Source of the DNA: Eledone cirrhosa
Taxonomy: Eukaryota
DNA length: 64,000 nt
Direction of reading: 5' to 3'
NCBI GenBank assembly: GCA_964016885.1
Contig: OZ024743.1
Location: 317,688,001 to 317,752,000 of the forward strand
The position numbers and the translations under genes were made by a program. A model generated the notes under the pieces. That model made no database searches. It was not told the DNA's origin and was given only the letters and a program-made list of their open reading frames with translations. Below are positions 10,740 through 28,700 of this stretch, one piece after another (position 1 is the stretch's first letter; each line of letters opens with the position of its first letter).

Positions 10740-13700
10740 TTATATGACAAAAACATTTTATATGACAAAAAACATTATATATGACAAAAAACATTATATG
10801 ACAAAAAACATTATATATGATAAAAAACATTATATGACAAAAAACATTATATATGATAAAAAACATGACAAAAAACATTATATGACAAAATACATTAGAT
10901 ATGACAAAAAACATTATATGACAAAAAACATTATATATGACAAAAACATTATATGACAAAAAACATATATGACAAAAAACATTATATGACAAAAACATTA
11001 TATATGACAAAAACATTATATGACAAAAAACATATATGACAAAAAACATTATATGACAAAAACATTATAAATGACAAAAAACATTATATGACAAAAAACA
11101 TGACAAAAAACATATATGACAAAAAACATATGACAAAAAACATTATATATGACAAAAAACATTATATGACAAAAAACATATATGACAAAAAACATTATAT
11201 GACAAAAACATTATATATGACAAAAAACATGACAAAAAACATTATATGACAAAAAACATTATATATGACAAAAAACATGTGACAAAAAACATGACAAAAA
11301 CATATGACAAAAAACATGACAAAAACATTGTATGACAAAAAACATTATATGACAAAAAACATTATATATGACAAAAAACATTATATGACAAAAACATATA
11401 TGACAAAAAACATATGACAAACACATTATATATGACAACAAACATTATATGACAAAAAACATTATGACAAAAAACATTATATATGACAAAAAACATTATA
11501 TGACAAAACACATTATATATGACAAAAAACATATGACAAAAAACATGACAAAAAACATATATGACAAAAAACATATGACAAAAAACATTATATATGACAA
11601 AAAACATTATATGACAAAAAACATTATATATGACAAAAAACATTATATGACAAAAACATTATATATGACAAAAAACATGTGACAAAAAACATGACAAAAA
11701 ACATGACAAAAAACATATGACAAAAAACATATATGACAAAAACATTATATGACAAAAAACATATGATAAAAAACATTATATATGACAAAAACATTATATG
11801 ACAAAAAACATTATATGACAAAAACATTATATATGACAAAAAACATTATATATGACAAAAAACATATGACAAAATACATTATATGACAAAAAACATTATA
11901 TATGACAAGAAACATTATATGACAAAAAACATTATATGACAAAAAACATGACAAAAAACATATATGACAAAAAACATTATATATGACAAAACATTATATG
12001 ACAAAAAACATTATATATGACAAAAAACATTATATATGACAAAAGACAGTGTATGACAGAAAACATTGTATGACAAAAAACATATATGACAAAAAACATT
12101 ATATGACAAAAAACATATATGACAAAAAACATTATATATGACAAAAAACATTATATAACAAAAAACATTATATATGACAAAAAACATTATATATGACAAA
12201 AAACATTATATGACAAAAAACATTATATGAGAAAAAACATTATATATGACAAAAAACATGACAAAAAACATTATATGACAAAAAACACTATATGACAAAA
12301 AACATTATATGACAAAAAACATGACAAAAAACATATGACACAAAACATTATATATGACAAAAAACATTATATGACAAAAAACATTATATATGACAAAACA
12401 TTATATGACAAAAAACATATATGACAAAAAACATGACAAACACATTATATATGACAACAAACATTATATGACAAAAAACATGACAAAAAACATTATATAT
12501 GACAAAAAACATTATATGACAAAAAACATTATATATGACAAAAAACATATGACAAAAAACATTATATATGACAAAAACATATGACAAAAAACATATGACG
12601 AAAAACATTATATGACAAAAAACATTATATATGACAAAAAACATGACAAAAAACATTATATGACAAAAAACATTATATATGACAAAAAACATTATATGAC
12701 AAAACATTATATATGACAAAAAACATGACAATAAACATTATGTGACAAAAACCATTATATAATACAAAAAACATATGACAAAAAACATATATGACAAAAA
12801 ACATATGACAAAAAACATTATATGACAAAAAACATTATATATGACAAAAAACATGTCAAAAACATATATGACAAAAAACATATGACAAACATTATATATG
12901 ACAAAAAACATTATATGACAAAACACATTATATATGACAAAAAACATTATATATGACAAAAAACATATGACAAAAAACATGACAAAAAACATTATATGAC
13001 AAAAAACATATATGACAAAAAACATTATATGACAAAAAACATTACAAAAAACATTATATGACAAAAAACATTCTATATGACAAAAAACATTATATGACAA
13101 AAAACATTATGTATGACAAAAAACATGACAAAATACATTATATGACAAAAAACATTATATGACAAAAAACATATGACAAAAACATGACAAAAAACATTAT
13201 ATATGACAAAACATATGACAAAAAACATTATATATGACAAAAACATTATATATGACAAAAGACATTGTATGACAAAAAACATTGTATGACAAAAAACATT
13301 ATATATGACAAAAAACATTATATGACAAAAAACATATATGACATAAAACATTATATGACAAAAAACATTATATAACAAAAAACATTATATATGACAAAAA
13401 ACATTATATGACAAAAAACATTATATATGACAAAAACATTATATGACAAAAAACATATATGACAAAAAACATTATATGACAAGAAACATTATATGACAAA
13501 AAACATTATATATGACAAAAAACATTATATATGACAAAAAACATTATATGACAAAAAACATTATATATGACAAAAAACATTATATGACAAAACATTATAT
13601 ATAACAAAAAACATGACAATAAACATTATATGACAAAAACCATTATATATGACAAAAAACATATGACAAAAAACATATATGACAAAAAACATGACAAAAA

Positions 13701-16700
13701 ACATATGACAGAAAACATTATATATGACAAAAACATTATATATGACAAAAACATTATATATGACAAAAAACATATGTCAAAAACATATATGACAAAAAAC
13801 ATATGACAAACATTATATATGACAGAAAACATTATATGACAAAACACATTATATATGACAAAAAACATTATATATGACAAAAAACATTATATATGACAAA
13901 AAACATTATATGACAAAAAACATGACAAAAAACATTATATGACAAAAAACATATATGACAAAAAACATTATATGATAAAAAACATATTACAAAAAACATT
14001 ATATGACAAAAAACATTCTATATGACAAAAAACATTATATGACAAAAAACATATATGACAAAAAACATGACAAAATACATTATATGACAAAAAACATTGT
14101 ATATGACAAAAAACATTATATGACAAAACATTATATGACAAAAAACATGACAAAAAACATATATGACAAAAAACATTATATATGACAAAAAACATTATAT
14201 ATGACAAAAAACATTATATATGACAAAAGACATTGTATGACAAAAAACATTGTATGACAAAAAACATTATATATGACAAAAAACATTATATGACAAAAAA
14301 CATATATGACATAAAACATTATATGACAAAAAACATTATATAACAAAAAACATTATATATGACAAAAAACATGACAAAAAACATTATATATGACAAAAAA
14401 CATTATATGACAAAAAACATATATGACAAAAAACATTATATATGACAAAAAACATGACAAAAAACATATGACAAAAAACATGACAAAAAACATGACAAAC
14501 ACATTATATATGACAACAAACATTATATGACAAAAAACATTATGACAAAAAATATTATATATGACAAAAAACATATAACAAAAAACATTATATATGACAA
14601 AAACATTGTATGACAGAAAACACTATATGATAAAAAACATTATGATAAAAAACATATATGACAAAAAACATTATATATGACAAAAAACATTATATATGAC
14701 AGAAAACATTATATGACAAAAAACATTATATGACAAAAAACATTCTATATGACAAAAAACATTATATGACAAAAACATTATATATGACAAAAAACATGAC
14801 AAAAAACATTATATGATAAAAAACATTATATATGACAAAAAACATTATATGACAAAAAACATATATGACAAAAAACATATGACAAACACATTATATATGA
14901 CAACAACCATTATATGACAAAAAACATGTCAAAACATTATATATGACAAAAAACATTATATGACAAAAAACATTATATGACAAAAAACATTATATATGAC
15001 AAACATTATATGACAAAAAACATATATGACAAAAACATTATATGACAAAAAACATTGTATGACAAAAAACATTGTATATGACAAAAAACATGACAAAAAA
15101 CATTATATATGACAAAACATTATATGACAAAAAACATTATATATGACAAAAAACATTATATGACAAAACATTATATATGACAAAAAACATGACAATAAAC
15201 ATTATATGACAAAAAACATATATGACAAAAAACATATGACAAAAAAAAAATATGACAAAAAACATGACAAAAAACATTATATGATAAAAAACATTATATA
15301 TGACAAAAAACATTATATGACAAAAAACATGACAAAAAACATATGACAAACATTATATATGACAACAAACATTATATGACAAAAAACATTATGACAAAAC
15401 ATTATATATGACAAAAAACATTATATGACAAAAAACATTATATATGACAAAAAACATTATATGACAAAAAACATTATATATGACAAAAAACATGACAAAA
15501 AACATTATATATGACAAAAAACATATGACAAAACATTATATATGACAAAAAACATGACAATAAACATTATATGACAAAAACCATTATATATGACAAAAAA
15601 CATATGACAAAAAACATATATGACAAAAAACATGACAAAAAACATGACAAAAAACATTATATATGACAAAAACATTATATATGACAAAAAACATATGTCA
15701 AAAACATATATGACAAAAAACATATGACAAACATTATATATGACAAAAAACATTATATGACAAAAAACATGACAAAAAACATTATATGACAAAAAACATA
15801 TATGACAAAAAACATTATATGATAAAAAACATATTACAAAAAACATTATATGACAAAAAACATTCTATATGACAAAAAACGTTATATGACAAAAAACATT
15901 ATATATGACAAAAAACATGACAAAATACATTATATGACAAAAACATTGTATATGACAAAAAACATTATATGACAAAAAACATTATATGACAAAAAACATA
16001 TGACAAAAAACATATATGACAAAAAACATTATATATGACAAAATATTATATGACAAAAAACATTATATATGACAAAAAACATTATATATGACAAAAGACA
16101 TTGTATGACAAAAAACATTGTATGACAAAAAACATTATATATGACAAAAAACATTATATGACAAAAAACATATATGACATAAAACATTATATGACAAAAA
16201 ACATTATATAACAAAAAACATTATATATGACAAAAAACATTATATGACAAAAAACATATATGACAAAAAACATATATGACAAAAAACATTATATAACAAA
16301 AAACATTATATATGACAAAAAACATTATATATGACAAAAAACATTATATGACAAAAAACATTATATGAGAAAAAACATTATATATGACAAAAAACATGAC
16401 AAAAAACATTATATGACAAAAAACACTATATGACAAAAAACATTATATGACAAAAAACATGACAAAAAACATATATGACACAAAACATTATATATGACAA
16501 AAAACATTATATGACAAAAAACATTATATATGACAAAACATTATATGACAAAAAACATATATGACAAAAAACATGACAAACACATTATATATGACAACAA
16601 ACATTATATGACAAAAAACATGACAAAAAACATTATATATGACAAAAAACATTATATGACAAAAAACATTATATATGACAAAAAACATATGACAAAAAAC

Positions 16701-19700
16701 ATTATATATGACAAAAACATTATATGACGAAAAACATATGACAAAAAACATTATATATGACAAAAAACATGACAAAAAACATTATATGACAAAAAACATT
16801 ATATATGACAAAAAACATTATATGACAAAACATTATATATGACAAAAAACATGACAATAAACATTATATGACAAAAACCATTATATAATACAAAAAACAT
16901 ATGACAAAAAACATATATGACAAAAAACATATGACAAAAAACATATGACAAAAAACATTATATATGACAAAAAACATGTCAAAAACATATATGACAAAAA
17001 ACATATGACAAACATTATATATGACAAAAAACATTATATGACAAAACACATTATATATGACAAAAAACATTATATATGACAAAAAACATATGACAAAAAA
17101 CATGACAAAAAACATTATATGACAAAAAACATATATGACAAAAAACATTATATGACAAAAAACATTACAAAAAACATTATATGACAAAAAACATTCTATA
17201 TGACAAAAAACATTATATGACAAAAAACATTATGTATGACAAAAAATATGACAAAATACATTATATGACAAAAAACATTGTATATGACAAAAAACATTAT
17301 ATGACAAAAAACATATGACAAAAACATGACAAAAAACATATATGACAAAACATATGACAAAAAACATTATATATGACAAAAACATTATATATGACAAAAG
17401 ACATTGTATGACAAAAAACATTGTATGACAAAAAACATTATATATGACAAAAAACATTATATGACAAAAAACATATATGACATAAAACATTATATGACAA
17501 AAAACATTATATAACAAAAAACATTATATATGACAAAAAACATTATATGACAAAAAACATTATATATGACAAAAACATTATATGACAAAAAACATGACAA
17601 AAAACATTATATGACAAGAAACATTATATGACAAAAAACATTATATATGACAAAAAACATTATATATGACAAAAAACATTATATGACAAAAAACATTATA
17701 TATGACAAAAAACATTATATGACAAAACATTATATATGACAAAAAACATGACAATAAACATTATATGACAAAAACCATTATATATGACAAAAAACATATG
17801 ACAAAAAACATATATGACAAAAAACATGACAAAAAACATGACAAAAAACATTATATATGACAAAAACATTATATATGACAAAAAACATGTCAAAAACATA
17901 TATGACAAAAAACATATGACAAACATTATATATGACAGAAAACATTATATGACAAAACACATTATATATGACAAAAAACATTATATATGACAAAAAACAT
18001 TATATATGACAAAAAACATTATATGACAAAAAACATGACAAAAAACATTATATGACAAAAAACATATATGACAAAAAACATTATATGATAAAAAACATAT
18101 TACAAAAAACATTATATGACAAAAAACATTCTATATGACAAAAAACATTATATGACAAAAAACATATATGACAAAAAACATGACAAAATACATTATATGA
18201 CAAAAAACATTGTATATGACAAAAAACATTATATGACAAAAAACATTATATGACAAAAAACATGACAAAAAACATATATGACAAAAAACATTATATATGA
18301 CAAAAAACATTATATATGACAAAAAACATTATATATGACAAAAGACATTGTATGACAAAAAACATTGTATGACAAAAAACATTATATATGACAAAAAACA
18401 TTATATGACAAAAAACATATATGACATAAAACATTATATGACAAAAAACATTATATAACAAAAAAACATATATGACAAAAAACATGACAAAAAACATTAT
18501 ATATGACAAAAAACATTATATGACAAAAAACATATATGACAAAAAACATTATATATGACAAAAAACATGACAAAAAACATGACAAAAAACATGACAAAAA
18601 ACATGACAAACACATTATATATGACAACAAACATTATATGACAAAAAACATTATGACAAGAAATATTATATATGACAAAAAACATATGACAAAAAACATA
18701 TAACAAAAAACATTATATATGACAAAAACATTGTATGACAGAAAACACTATATGATAAAAAACATTATGATAAAAAACATATATGACAAAAAACATTATA
18801 TATGACAAAAAACATTATATATGACAGAAAACATTATATGACAAAAAACATTATATGACAAAAAACATTCTATATGACAAAAAACATTATATGACAAAAA
18901 CATTATATATGACAAAAAACATGACAAAAAACATTATATGATAAAAAACATTATATATGACAAAAAACATTATATGACAAAAAACATATATGACAAAAAA
19001 CATATGACAAACATTATATATGACAACAACCATTATATGACAAAAAACATGTCAAAACATTATATATGACAAAAAACATTATATGACAAAAAACATTATA
19101 TGACAAAAAACATTATATATGACAAACATTATATGACAAAAAACATATATGACAAAAACATTATATGACAAAAAACATTATATGACAAAAAACATATATG
19201 ACAAAAAACATGACAAAAAACATTATATATGACAAAACATTATATGACAAAAAACATTATATATGACAAAAAACATTATATGACAAAACATTATATATGA
19301 CAAAAAACATGACAATAAACATTATATGACAAAAAACATATATGACAAAAAACATATGACAAAAAACATATATGACAAAAAACATTATATGATAAAAAAC
19401 ATTATATATGACAAAAAACATTATATGACAAAAAACATATGACAAAAAACATATGACAAACATTATATATGACAACAAACATTATATGACAAAAAACATT
19501 ATGACAAAACATTATATATGACAAAAAACATTATATGACAAAAAATATTATATATGACAAAAAACATTATATGACAAAAAACATTATATATGACAAAAAA
19601 CATGACAAAAAACATTATATATGACAAAAAACATTATATGACAAAAGATTATATATGACAAAAAACATGACAATAAACATTATATGACAAAAACCATTAT

Positions 19701-22700
19701 ATATGACAAAAAACATATGACAAAAAACATATATGACAAAAAACATGACAAAAAACATGACAAAAAACATTATATATGACAAAAACATTATATATGACAA
19801 AAAACATATGTCAAAAACATATATGACAAAAAACATATGACAAACATTATATATGACAAAAAACATTATATGACAAAAAACATGACAAAAAACATTATAT
19901 GACAAAAAACATATATGACAAAAAACATTATATGATAAAAAACATATTACAAAAAACATTATATGACAAAAAACATTCTATATGACAAAAAACGTTATAT
20001 GACAAAAAACATTATATATGACAAAAAACATGACAAAATACATTATATGACAAAAACATTGTATATGACAAAAAACATTATATGACAAAAAACATTATAT
20101 GACAAAAAACATATGACAAAAAACATATATGACAAAAAACATTATATATGACAAAATATTATATGACAAAAAACATTATATATGACAAAAAACATTATAT
20201 ATGACAAAAGACATTGTATGACAAAAAACATTGTATGACAAAAAACATTATATGACAAAAAACATATATGACATAAAACATTATATGACAAAAAACATTA
20301 TATAACAAAAAACATTATATATGACAAAAAACATTATATGACAAAAAACATATATGACAAAAAACATATATGACAAAAAACATTATATAACAAAAAACAT
20401 TATATATGACAAAAAACATTATATATGACAAAAAACATTATATGACAAAAAACATTATATGAGAAAAAACATTATATATGACAAAAAACATGACAAAAAA
20501 CATGACAAAAAACACTATATGACAAAAAACATTATATGACAAAAAACATGACAAAAAACATATATGACACAAAACATTATATATGACAAAAAACATTATA
20601 TGACAAAAAACATTATATATGACAAAACATTATATGACAAAAAACATATATGACAAAAAACATGACAAACACATTATATATGACAACAAACATTATATGA
20701 CAAAAAACATGACAAAAAACATTATATATGACAAAAAACATTATATGACAAAAAACATTATATATGACAAAAAACATATGACAAAAAACATTATATATGA
20801 CAAAAACATTATATGACAAAAAACATATGACGAAAAACATTATATGACAAAAAACATTATATATGACAAAAAACATGACAAAAAACATTATATGACAAAA
20901 AACATTATATATGACAAAAAACATTATATGACAAAACATTATATATGACAAAAAACATGACAATAAACATTATATGACAAAAACCATTATATAATACAAA
21001 AAACATATGACAAAAAACATATATGACAAAAAACATATGACAAAAAACATTATATGACAAAAAACATTATATATGACAAAAAACATGTCAAAAACATATA
21101 TGACAAAAAACATATGACAAACATTATATATGACAAAAAACATTATATGACAAAACACATTATATATGACAAAAAACATTATATATGACAAAAAACATAT
21201 GACAAAAAACATGACAAAAAACATTATATGACAAAAAACATATATGACAAAAAACATTATATGACAAAAAACATTACAAAAAACATTATATGACAAAAAA
21301 CATTCTATATGACAAAAAACATTATATGACAAAAAACATTATGTATGACAAAAAACATGACAAAATACATTATATGACAAAAAACATTGTATATGACAAA
21401 AAACATTATATGACAAAAAACATATGACAAAAACATGACAAAAAACATTATATATGACAAAACATATGACAAAAAACATTATATATGACAAAAACATTAT
21501 ATATGACAAAAGACATTGTATGACAAAAAACATTGTATGACAAAAAACATATATGACATAAAACATTATATGACAAAAAACATTATATAACAAAAAACAT
21601 TATATATGACAAAAAACATTATATGACAAAAAACATTATATATGACAAAAACATTATATGACAAAAAACATGACAAACAACATTATATGACAAGAAACAT
21701 TATATGACAAAAAACATTATATATGACAAAAAACATTATATATGACAAAAAACATTATATGACAAAAAACATTATATATGACAAAAAACATCATATGACA
21801 AAACATTATATATGACAAAAAACATGACAATAAACATTATATGACAAAAACCATTATATATGACAAAAAACATATGACAAAAAACATATATGACAAAAAA
21901 CATGAGAAAAAACATATGACAAAAAACATTATATATGACAAAAACATTATATATGACAAAAAACATATGTCAAAAACATATATGACAAACATTATATATG
22001 ACAGAAAACATTATATGACAAAACACATTATATATGACAAAAAACATTATATATGACAAAAAACATTATGTATGACAAAAAACATTATATGACAAAAAAC
22101 ATGACAAAAAACATTATATGACAAAAAACATATATGACAAAAAACATTATATGATAAAAAACATATTACAAAAAACATTATATGACAAAAAACATTCTAT
22201 ATGACAAAAAACATATGACAAAAAACATATATGACAAAAAACATGACAAAATACATTATATGACAAAAAACATTGTATATGACAAAAAACATTATATGAC
22301 AAGAAACATTATATGACAAAAAACATATGACAAAAAACATATATGACAAAAAACATTATATATGACAAAAAACATTATATATGACAAAAAACATTATATA
22401 TGACAAAAGACATTGTCTGACAAAAAACATTGTATGACAAAAAACATTATATATGACAAAAAACATTATATGACAAAAAACATATATGACATAAAACATT
22501 ATATGACAAAAAACATTATATAACAAAAAACATTATATATGACAAAAAACATGACAAAAAACATTATATATGACAAAAAACATTATATGACAAAAAACAT
22601 ATATGACAAAAAACATATATGACAAAAAACATTATATATGACAAAAAACATGACAAAAAACATATGACAAAAAACATGACAAAAAACATGACAAACACAT

Positions 22701-25700
22701 TATATATGACAACAAACATTATATGACAAAAAACATTATGACAAAAAATATTATATATGACTAAAAACATATGACAAAAAACATTATATATGACAAAAAC
22801 ATTGTATGACAGAAAACACTATATGATAAAAAACATTATGATAAAAAACATATATGACAAAAAACATTATATATGACAAAAAACATTATATATGACAAAA
22901 AACATTATATATGACAGAAAACATTATATGACAAAAAACATTATATGACAAAAAACATTCTATATGACAAAAAACATTATATGACAAAAACATTATATAT
23001 GACAAAAAACATGACAAAAAACATTATATGATAAAAAACATTATATATGACAAAAAACATTATATGACAAAAAACATATATGACAAAAAACATATGACAA
23101 ACACATTATATATGACAACAACCATTATATGACAAAAAACATGTCAAAACATTATATATGACAAAAAACATTATATGACAAAAAACATTATATATGACAA
23201 ACATTATATGACAAAAAACATATATGACAAAAACATTATATGACAAAAAACATTATATGACAAAAAACATTATATATGACAAAAAACATGACAAAAAACA
23301 TTATATATGACAAAACATTATATGACAAAAAACATTATATATGACAAAAAACATTATATGACAAAAAATTATATATGACAAAAAACATGACAATAAACAT
23401 TATATGACAAAAAACATTATATATGACAAAAAACATATGACAAAAAACATATATGACAAAAAACATGACAAAAAACATTATATGATAAAAAACATTATAT
23501 ATGACAAAAAACATTATATGACAAAAAACATATGACAAAAAACATATGACAAACACATTATATATGACAACAAACATTATATGACAAAAAACATTATGAC
23601 AAAAAACATTATATATGACAAAAAACATTATATGACAAAAAACATTATATATGACAAAAAACATATGACAAAAAACATTATATATGACAAAAAACATTAT
23701 ATGACAAAAAACATTATATATGACAAAAAACATGACAAAAAACATTATATATGACAAAAAACATTATATGACAAAACATTATATATGACAAAAAACATGA
23801 CAATAAACATTATATGACAAAAACCATTATATATGACAAAAAACATATGACAAAAAACATATATGACAAAAAACATGACAAAAAACATGACAAAAAACAT
23901 TATATATGACAAAAACATTATATATGACAAAAAACATATGTCAAAAACATATATGACAAAAAACATATGACAAACATTATATATGACAAAAAACATTATA
24001 TGACAAAAAACATGACAAAAAACATTATATGACAAAAAACATATATGACAAAAAACATTATATGACAAAAAACATATATGACAAAAAACATTATATGATA
24101 AAAAACATATTACAAAAAACATTATATGACAAAACACATTCTATATGACAAAAAACGTTATATGACAAAAAACATTATATATGACAAAAAACATGACAAA
24201 ATACATTATATGACAAAAAATTTGTATATGACAAAAAACATTATATGACAAAAAACATATGACAAAAAACATATGACAAAAAACATATATGACAAAAAAC
24301 ATTATATATGACAAAATATTATATGACAAAAAACATTATATATGACAAAAAACATTATATATGACAAAAGACATTGTATGACAAAAAACATTGTATGACA
24401 AAAAACATTATATATGACAAAAAACATTATATGACAAAAAACATATATGACATAAAACATTATATGACAAAAAACATTATATAACAAAAAACATTATATA
24501 TGACAAAAAACATGACAAAAAACATTATATATGACAAAAAACATTATATGACAAAAAACATATATGACAAAAAACATATATGACAAAAAACATTATATGA
24601 CAAAAAACATTATATATGACAAAAAACATGACAAAAAACATTATATGACACAAAACATATATAACAAAAAACATGACAAACACATTATATATGACAACAA
24701 ACATTATATGACAAAAAACATTATGAAAAAAAATATTATATATGACAAAAAACATGACAAAAAACATTATATATGACAAAAACATTGTATGACAAAAAAC
24801 ACTATATGACAAAAAACATTATATATGACAAAAAACATTATATGACAAAAAACATTATATGACAAAAAACATTCTATATGACAAAAAACATTATATGACT
24901 GAAACATTATATATGACAAAAAACATGACAAAAACATTATATGATAAAAAACATATATGACAAAAAACATTATATGACAAAAAACATATATGACAAAAAA
25001 CATGACAAACACATTATATATGACAACAAACATTATATGACAAAAAACATTATGACAAAACATTATATATGACAAAAAACATTATATGACAAAAAACATT
25101 ATATATGACAAAAAACATTATATGACAAAAAACATTATATATGACAAACATTATATGACAAAAAACATATATGACAAAAAACATTATATGACAAAAAACA
25201 TTATATATGACAAAAAACATGACAAAAAACATTATATATGACAAAACATTATATGACAAAAAACATTATATATGACAAAAAACATTATATGACAAAACAT
25301 TATATATGACAAAAAACATGACAATAAACATTATATGACAAAAAACATTATATATGACAAAAAACATATGACAAAAAACATGACAAAAAACATTATATGA
25401 TAAAAAACATTATATATGATAAAAAACATTATATGACAAAAAACATGACAAACACTTTATATATGACAACAAACATTATATGACAAAAAACATTATGACA
25501 AAACATTATATATGACAAAAAACATTATATGACAAAAAACATTATATATGACAAAAAACATTATATGACAAAAAACATTATATATGACAAACATTATATG
25601 ACAAAAAACATATATGACAAAAAACATTATATGACAAAAACATTATATGACAAAAAACATTATATGACAAAAAACATTATATATGACAAAAAACATTACA

Positions 25701-28700
25701 AAAAACATTATATATGACAAAACATTATATGACAAAAAAACATTATATATGACAAAAAACATTATATGACAAAACATTATATATGACAAAAAACATGACA
25801 AACATTATATGACAAAAAACATTATATATGACAAAAAACATATGACAAAAAACATATATGACAAAAAACATGACAAAAAACATTATATGACAAAAAACAT
25901 TATATATGACAAAAACATTATATGACAAAAAACATTATATATGACAAAAAACATTATATGACAAAAAACATATGACAAAAAACATTATATGACAAAAAAC
26001 ATATATGACAAAAAACATTATATATGACAAAAAACATGACAAAATACATTATATGACAAAAAACATATGACAAAAAACATTATATGACAAAAAATATGAC
26101 AAAAAACATATATGACAAAAAACATTATATATGACAAAACATTATATGACAAAAAACATTATATATGACAAAAGACATTGTATGACAAAAAACATTATAT
26201 ATGACAAAAAACATTATATATGACAGAAAACATTATATGACAAAAAACATTATATGACAAAAAACATTCTATATGACAAAAAACATTATATGACTAAAAC
26301 ATTATATATGACAAAAAACATGACAAAAAACATTATATGACAAAAAACATTATATGACAAAAAACATATATGACAAAAAACATGACAAACACATTATATA
26401 TGACAACAAACATTATATGACAAAAAACATTATGACAAAACATTATATATGACAAAAAACATTATATGACAAAAAACATTATATATGACAAAAAACATTA
26501 TATGACAAAAAACATTATATATGACAAACATTATATGACAAAAAACATATATGACAAAAAACATTATATGACAAAAAACATTATATATGACAAAAAACAT
26601 GACAAAAAACATTATATATGACAAAACATTATATGACAAAAAACATTATATATGACAAAAAACATTATATGACAAAACATTATATATGACAAAAAACATG
26701 ACAATAAACATTATATGACAAAAAACATTATATATGACAAAAAACATATGACAAAAAACATGACAAAAAACATTATATGATAAAAAACATTATATATGAT
26801 AAAAAACATTATATGACAAAAAACATGACAAACACTTTATATATGACAACAAACATTATATGACAAAAAACATTATGACAAAACATTATATATGACAAAA
26901 AACATTATATGACAAAAAACATTATATATGACAAAAAACATTATATGACAAAAAACATTATATATGACAAACATTATATGACAAAAAACATATATGACAA
27001 AAAACATTATATGACAAAAACATTATATGACAAAAAACATTATATGACAAAAAACATTATATATGACAAAAAACATTACAAAAAACATTATATATGACAA
27101 AACATTATATGACAAAAAAACATTATATATGACAAAAAACATTATATGACAAAACATTATATATGACAAAAAACATGACAAACATTATATGACAAAAAAC
27201 ATTATATATGACAAAAAACATATGACAAAAAACATATATGACAAAAAACATGACAAAAAACATTATATGACAAAAAACATTATATATGACAAAAACATTA
27301 TATGACAAAAAACATTATATGTGACAAAAAACATTATATGACAAAAAACATTATATGACAAAAAACGTATATGACAAAAAACATTATATATGACAAAAAA
27401 CATGACAAAATACATTATATGACAAAAAACATGACAAAAAACATTATATGACAAAAAATATGACAAAAAACATATATGACAAAAAACATTATATATGACA
27501 AAACATTATATGACAAAAAACATTATATATAACAAAAGACATTGTATGACAAAAAACATTGTATGACAAAAAACATTATATATGACAAAAAACATTATAT
27601 GACAAAAAAACATATATGACAAAAAACATGACAAAAACATTATATAACAAAAAACATTATATATGACAAAAAACATTATATGACAAAAAACATATATGAC
27701 AAAAAACATATATGACAAAAAACATTATATGACAAAAAACATTATATATGACAAAAAACATGACAAAAAACATTATATGACAAAAAACATATATGACAAA
27801 AAACATGACAAACACATTATATATGACAACAAACATTATATGACAAAAAACATGACAAAAAACATATGACAAAAAACATATAACAAAAAACATTATATAT
27901 GACAAAAACATTGTATGACAAAAAACACTATATGACAAAAAACATTATATATGACAAAAAACATTATGATAAAAAACATATATGACAAAAAACATTATAT
28001 ATGACAAAAAACATTATATATGACAGAAAACATTATATGACAAAAAACATTATATGACAAAAAACATTCTATATGACAAAAAACATTATATGACTAAAAC
28101 ATTATATATGACAAAAAACATGACAAAAAACATTATATGACAAAAAACATTATATGACAAAAAACATATATGACAAAAAACATGACAAACGCTATATATG
28201 ACAACAAACATTATATGACAAAAAACATTATGACAAAACATTATATATGACAAAAAACATTATATGACAAAAAACATTATATATGACAAAAAACATTATA
28301 TGACAAAAAACATTATATATGACAAACATTATATGACAAAAAACATATATGACAAAAAACATTATATGACAAAAAACATTATATATGACAAAAAACATGA
28401 CAAAAAACATTATATATGACAAAACATTATATGACAAAAAACATTATATATGACAAAAAACATTATATGACAAAACATTATATATGACAAAAAACATGAC
28501 AATAAACATTATATGACAAAAAACATTATATATGACAAAAAACATATGACAAAAAACATGACAAAAAACATTATATGATAAAAAACATTATATATGATAA
28601 AAAACATTATATGACAAAAAACATGACAAACACTTTATATATGACAACAAACATTATATGACAAAAAACATTATGACAAAACATTATATATGACAAAAAA

